From positions 37,252 to 101,251 of the forward strand of contig DF237285.1 of the NCBI GenBank assembly GCA_000708835.1: a stretch of 64,000 nucleotides of DNA, given 5' to 3'. Below the pieces are notes generated by a model. That model ran no database searches, was not told where the DNA came from, and worked only from the letters and a program-made list of their open reading frames with translations. A program made the translations under genes and the position numbers. Origin of the DNA: Klebsormidium nitens. Its lineage: Eukaryota; Plantae; Klebsormidiophyceae. Positions 63,850-64,000 of the stretch are shown in pieces; positions within the stretch are counted from its first letter, which is position 1, and each line of letters begins with the position of its first letter.

Positions 63850-64000
63850 TGCCTCTGAACTTTGACTCGTGAGAAAGTTTGCGTAAAAGCCTGAACAGCC
63901 TGAACATCCTGAAAATGCCACGTGTCACTTTTCCCTTGATGAGAAAGTCTGCGTAAAAGCCTGAACAGCCTGAACATCCTGAACATCTTGAAACTGCCAT
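63850..64000 (-). repeat. Same minisatellite in reverse orientation in the next D5-gene intron
   Basis: cctgaacagcctgaacatcctgaaaatgccacgtgtcac...gagaaagtctgcgtaaaagcctgaaca is the reverse complement of the 61848-62960 unit. Confidence 0.9.

Noticed and set aside
1-64000. rRNA, tRNA or autonomous transposase/reverse-transcriptase genes
   Set aside because: None recognised by eye; tRNAscan-SE, Infernal and RepeatMasker would be needed to exclude them.

Overview
Intron-rich eukaryotic genomic DNA. The proteins are closest to land-plant families and the gene structure is typical of a streptophyte (charophyte) alga such as Klebsormidium; that organism assignment is inference. Housekeeping-type genes reconstructed by hand-splicing are a TPR protein, a phosphatidylinositol transfer protein, a BTB/BACK protein, a large coiled-coil protein, a CLC-d-type chloride channel and a calcyclin-binding protein (CacyBP/SIP). 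Less ordinary content: (i) an intron-containing EIN3/EIL-like transcription factor extended by an AT-hook, an NLS and a C2H2-like zinc finger; (ii) a Crinkler/RHS-type NTPase + restriction-endonuclease-fold gene between two diverged direct copies of the CLC 3' end; (iii) a heptad-repeat PD-(D/E)XK nuclease with a transit-peptide-like first exon, next to an intron-containing D5-like primase-helicase whose introns hold a 71-bp G-box satellite in opposite orientations; (iv) repeated 'echoes' of exon/intron boundaries inside introns. Exon boundaries were read by eye and are unverified by RNA data. An assembly gap lies at 62351-62886.
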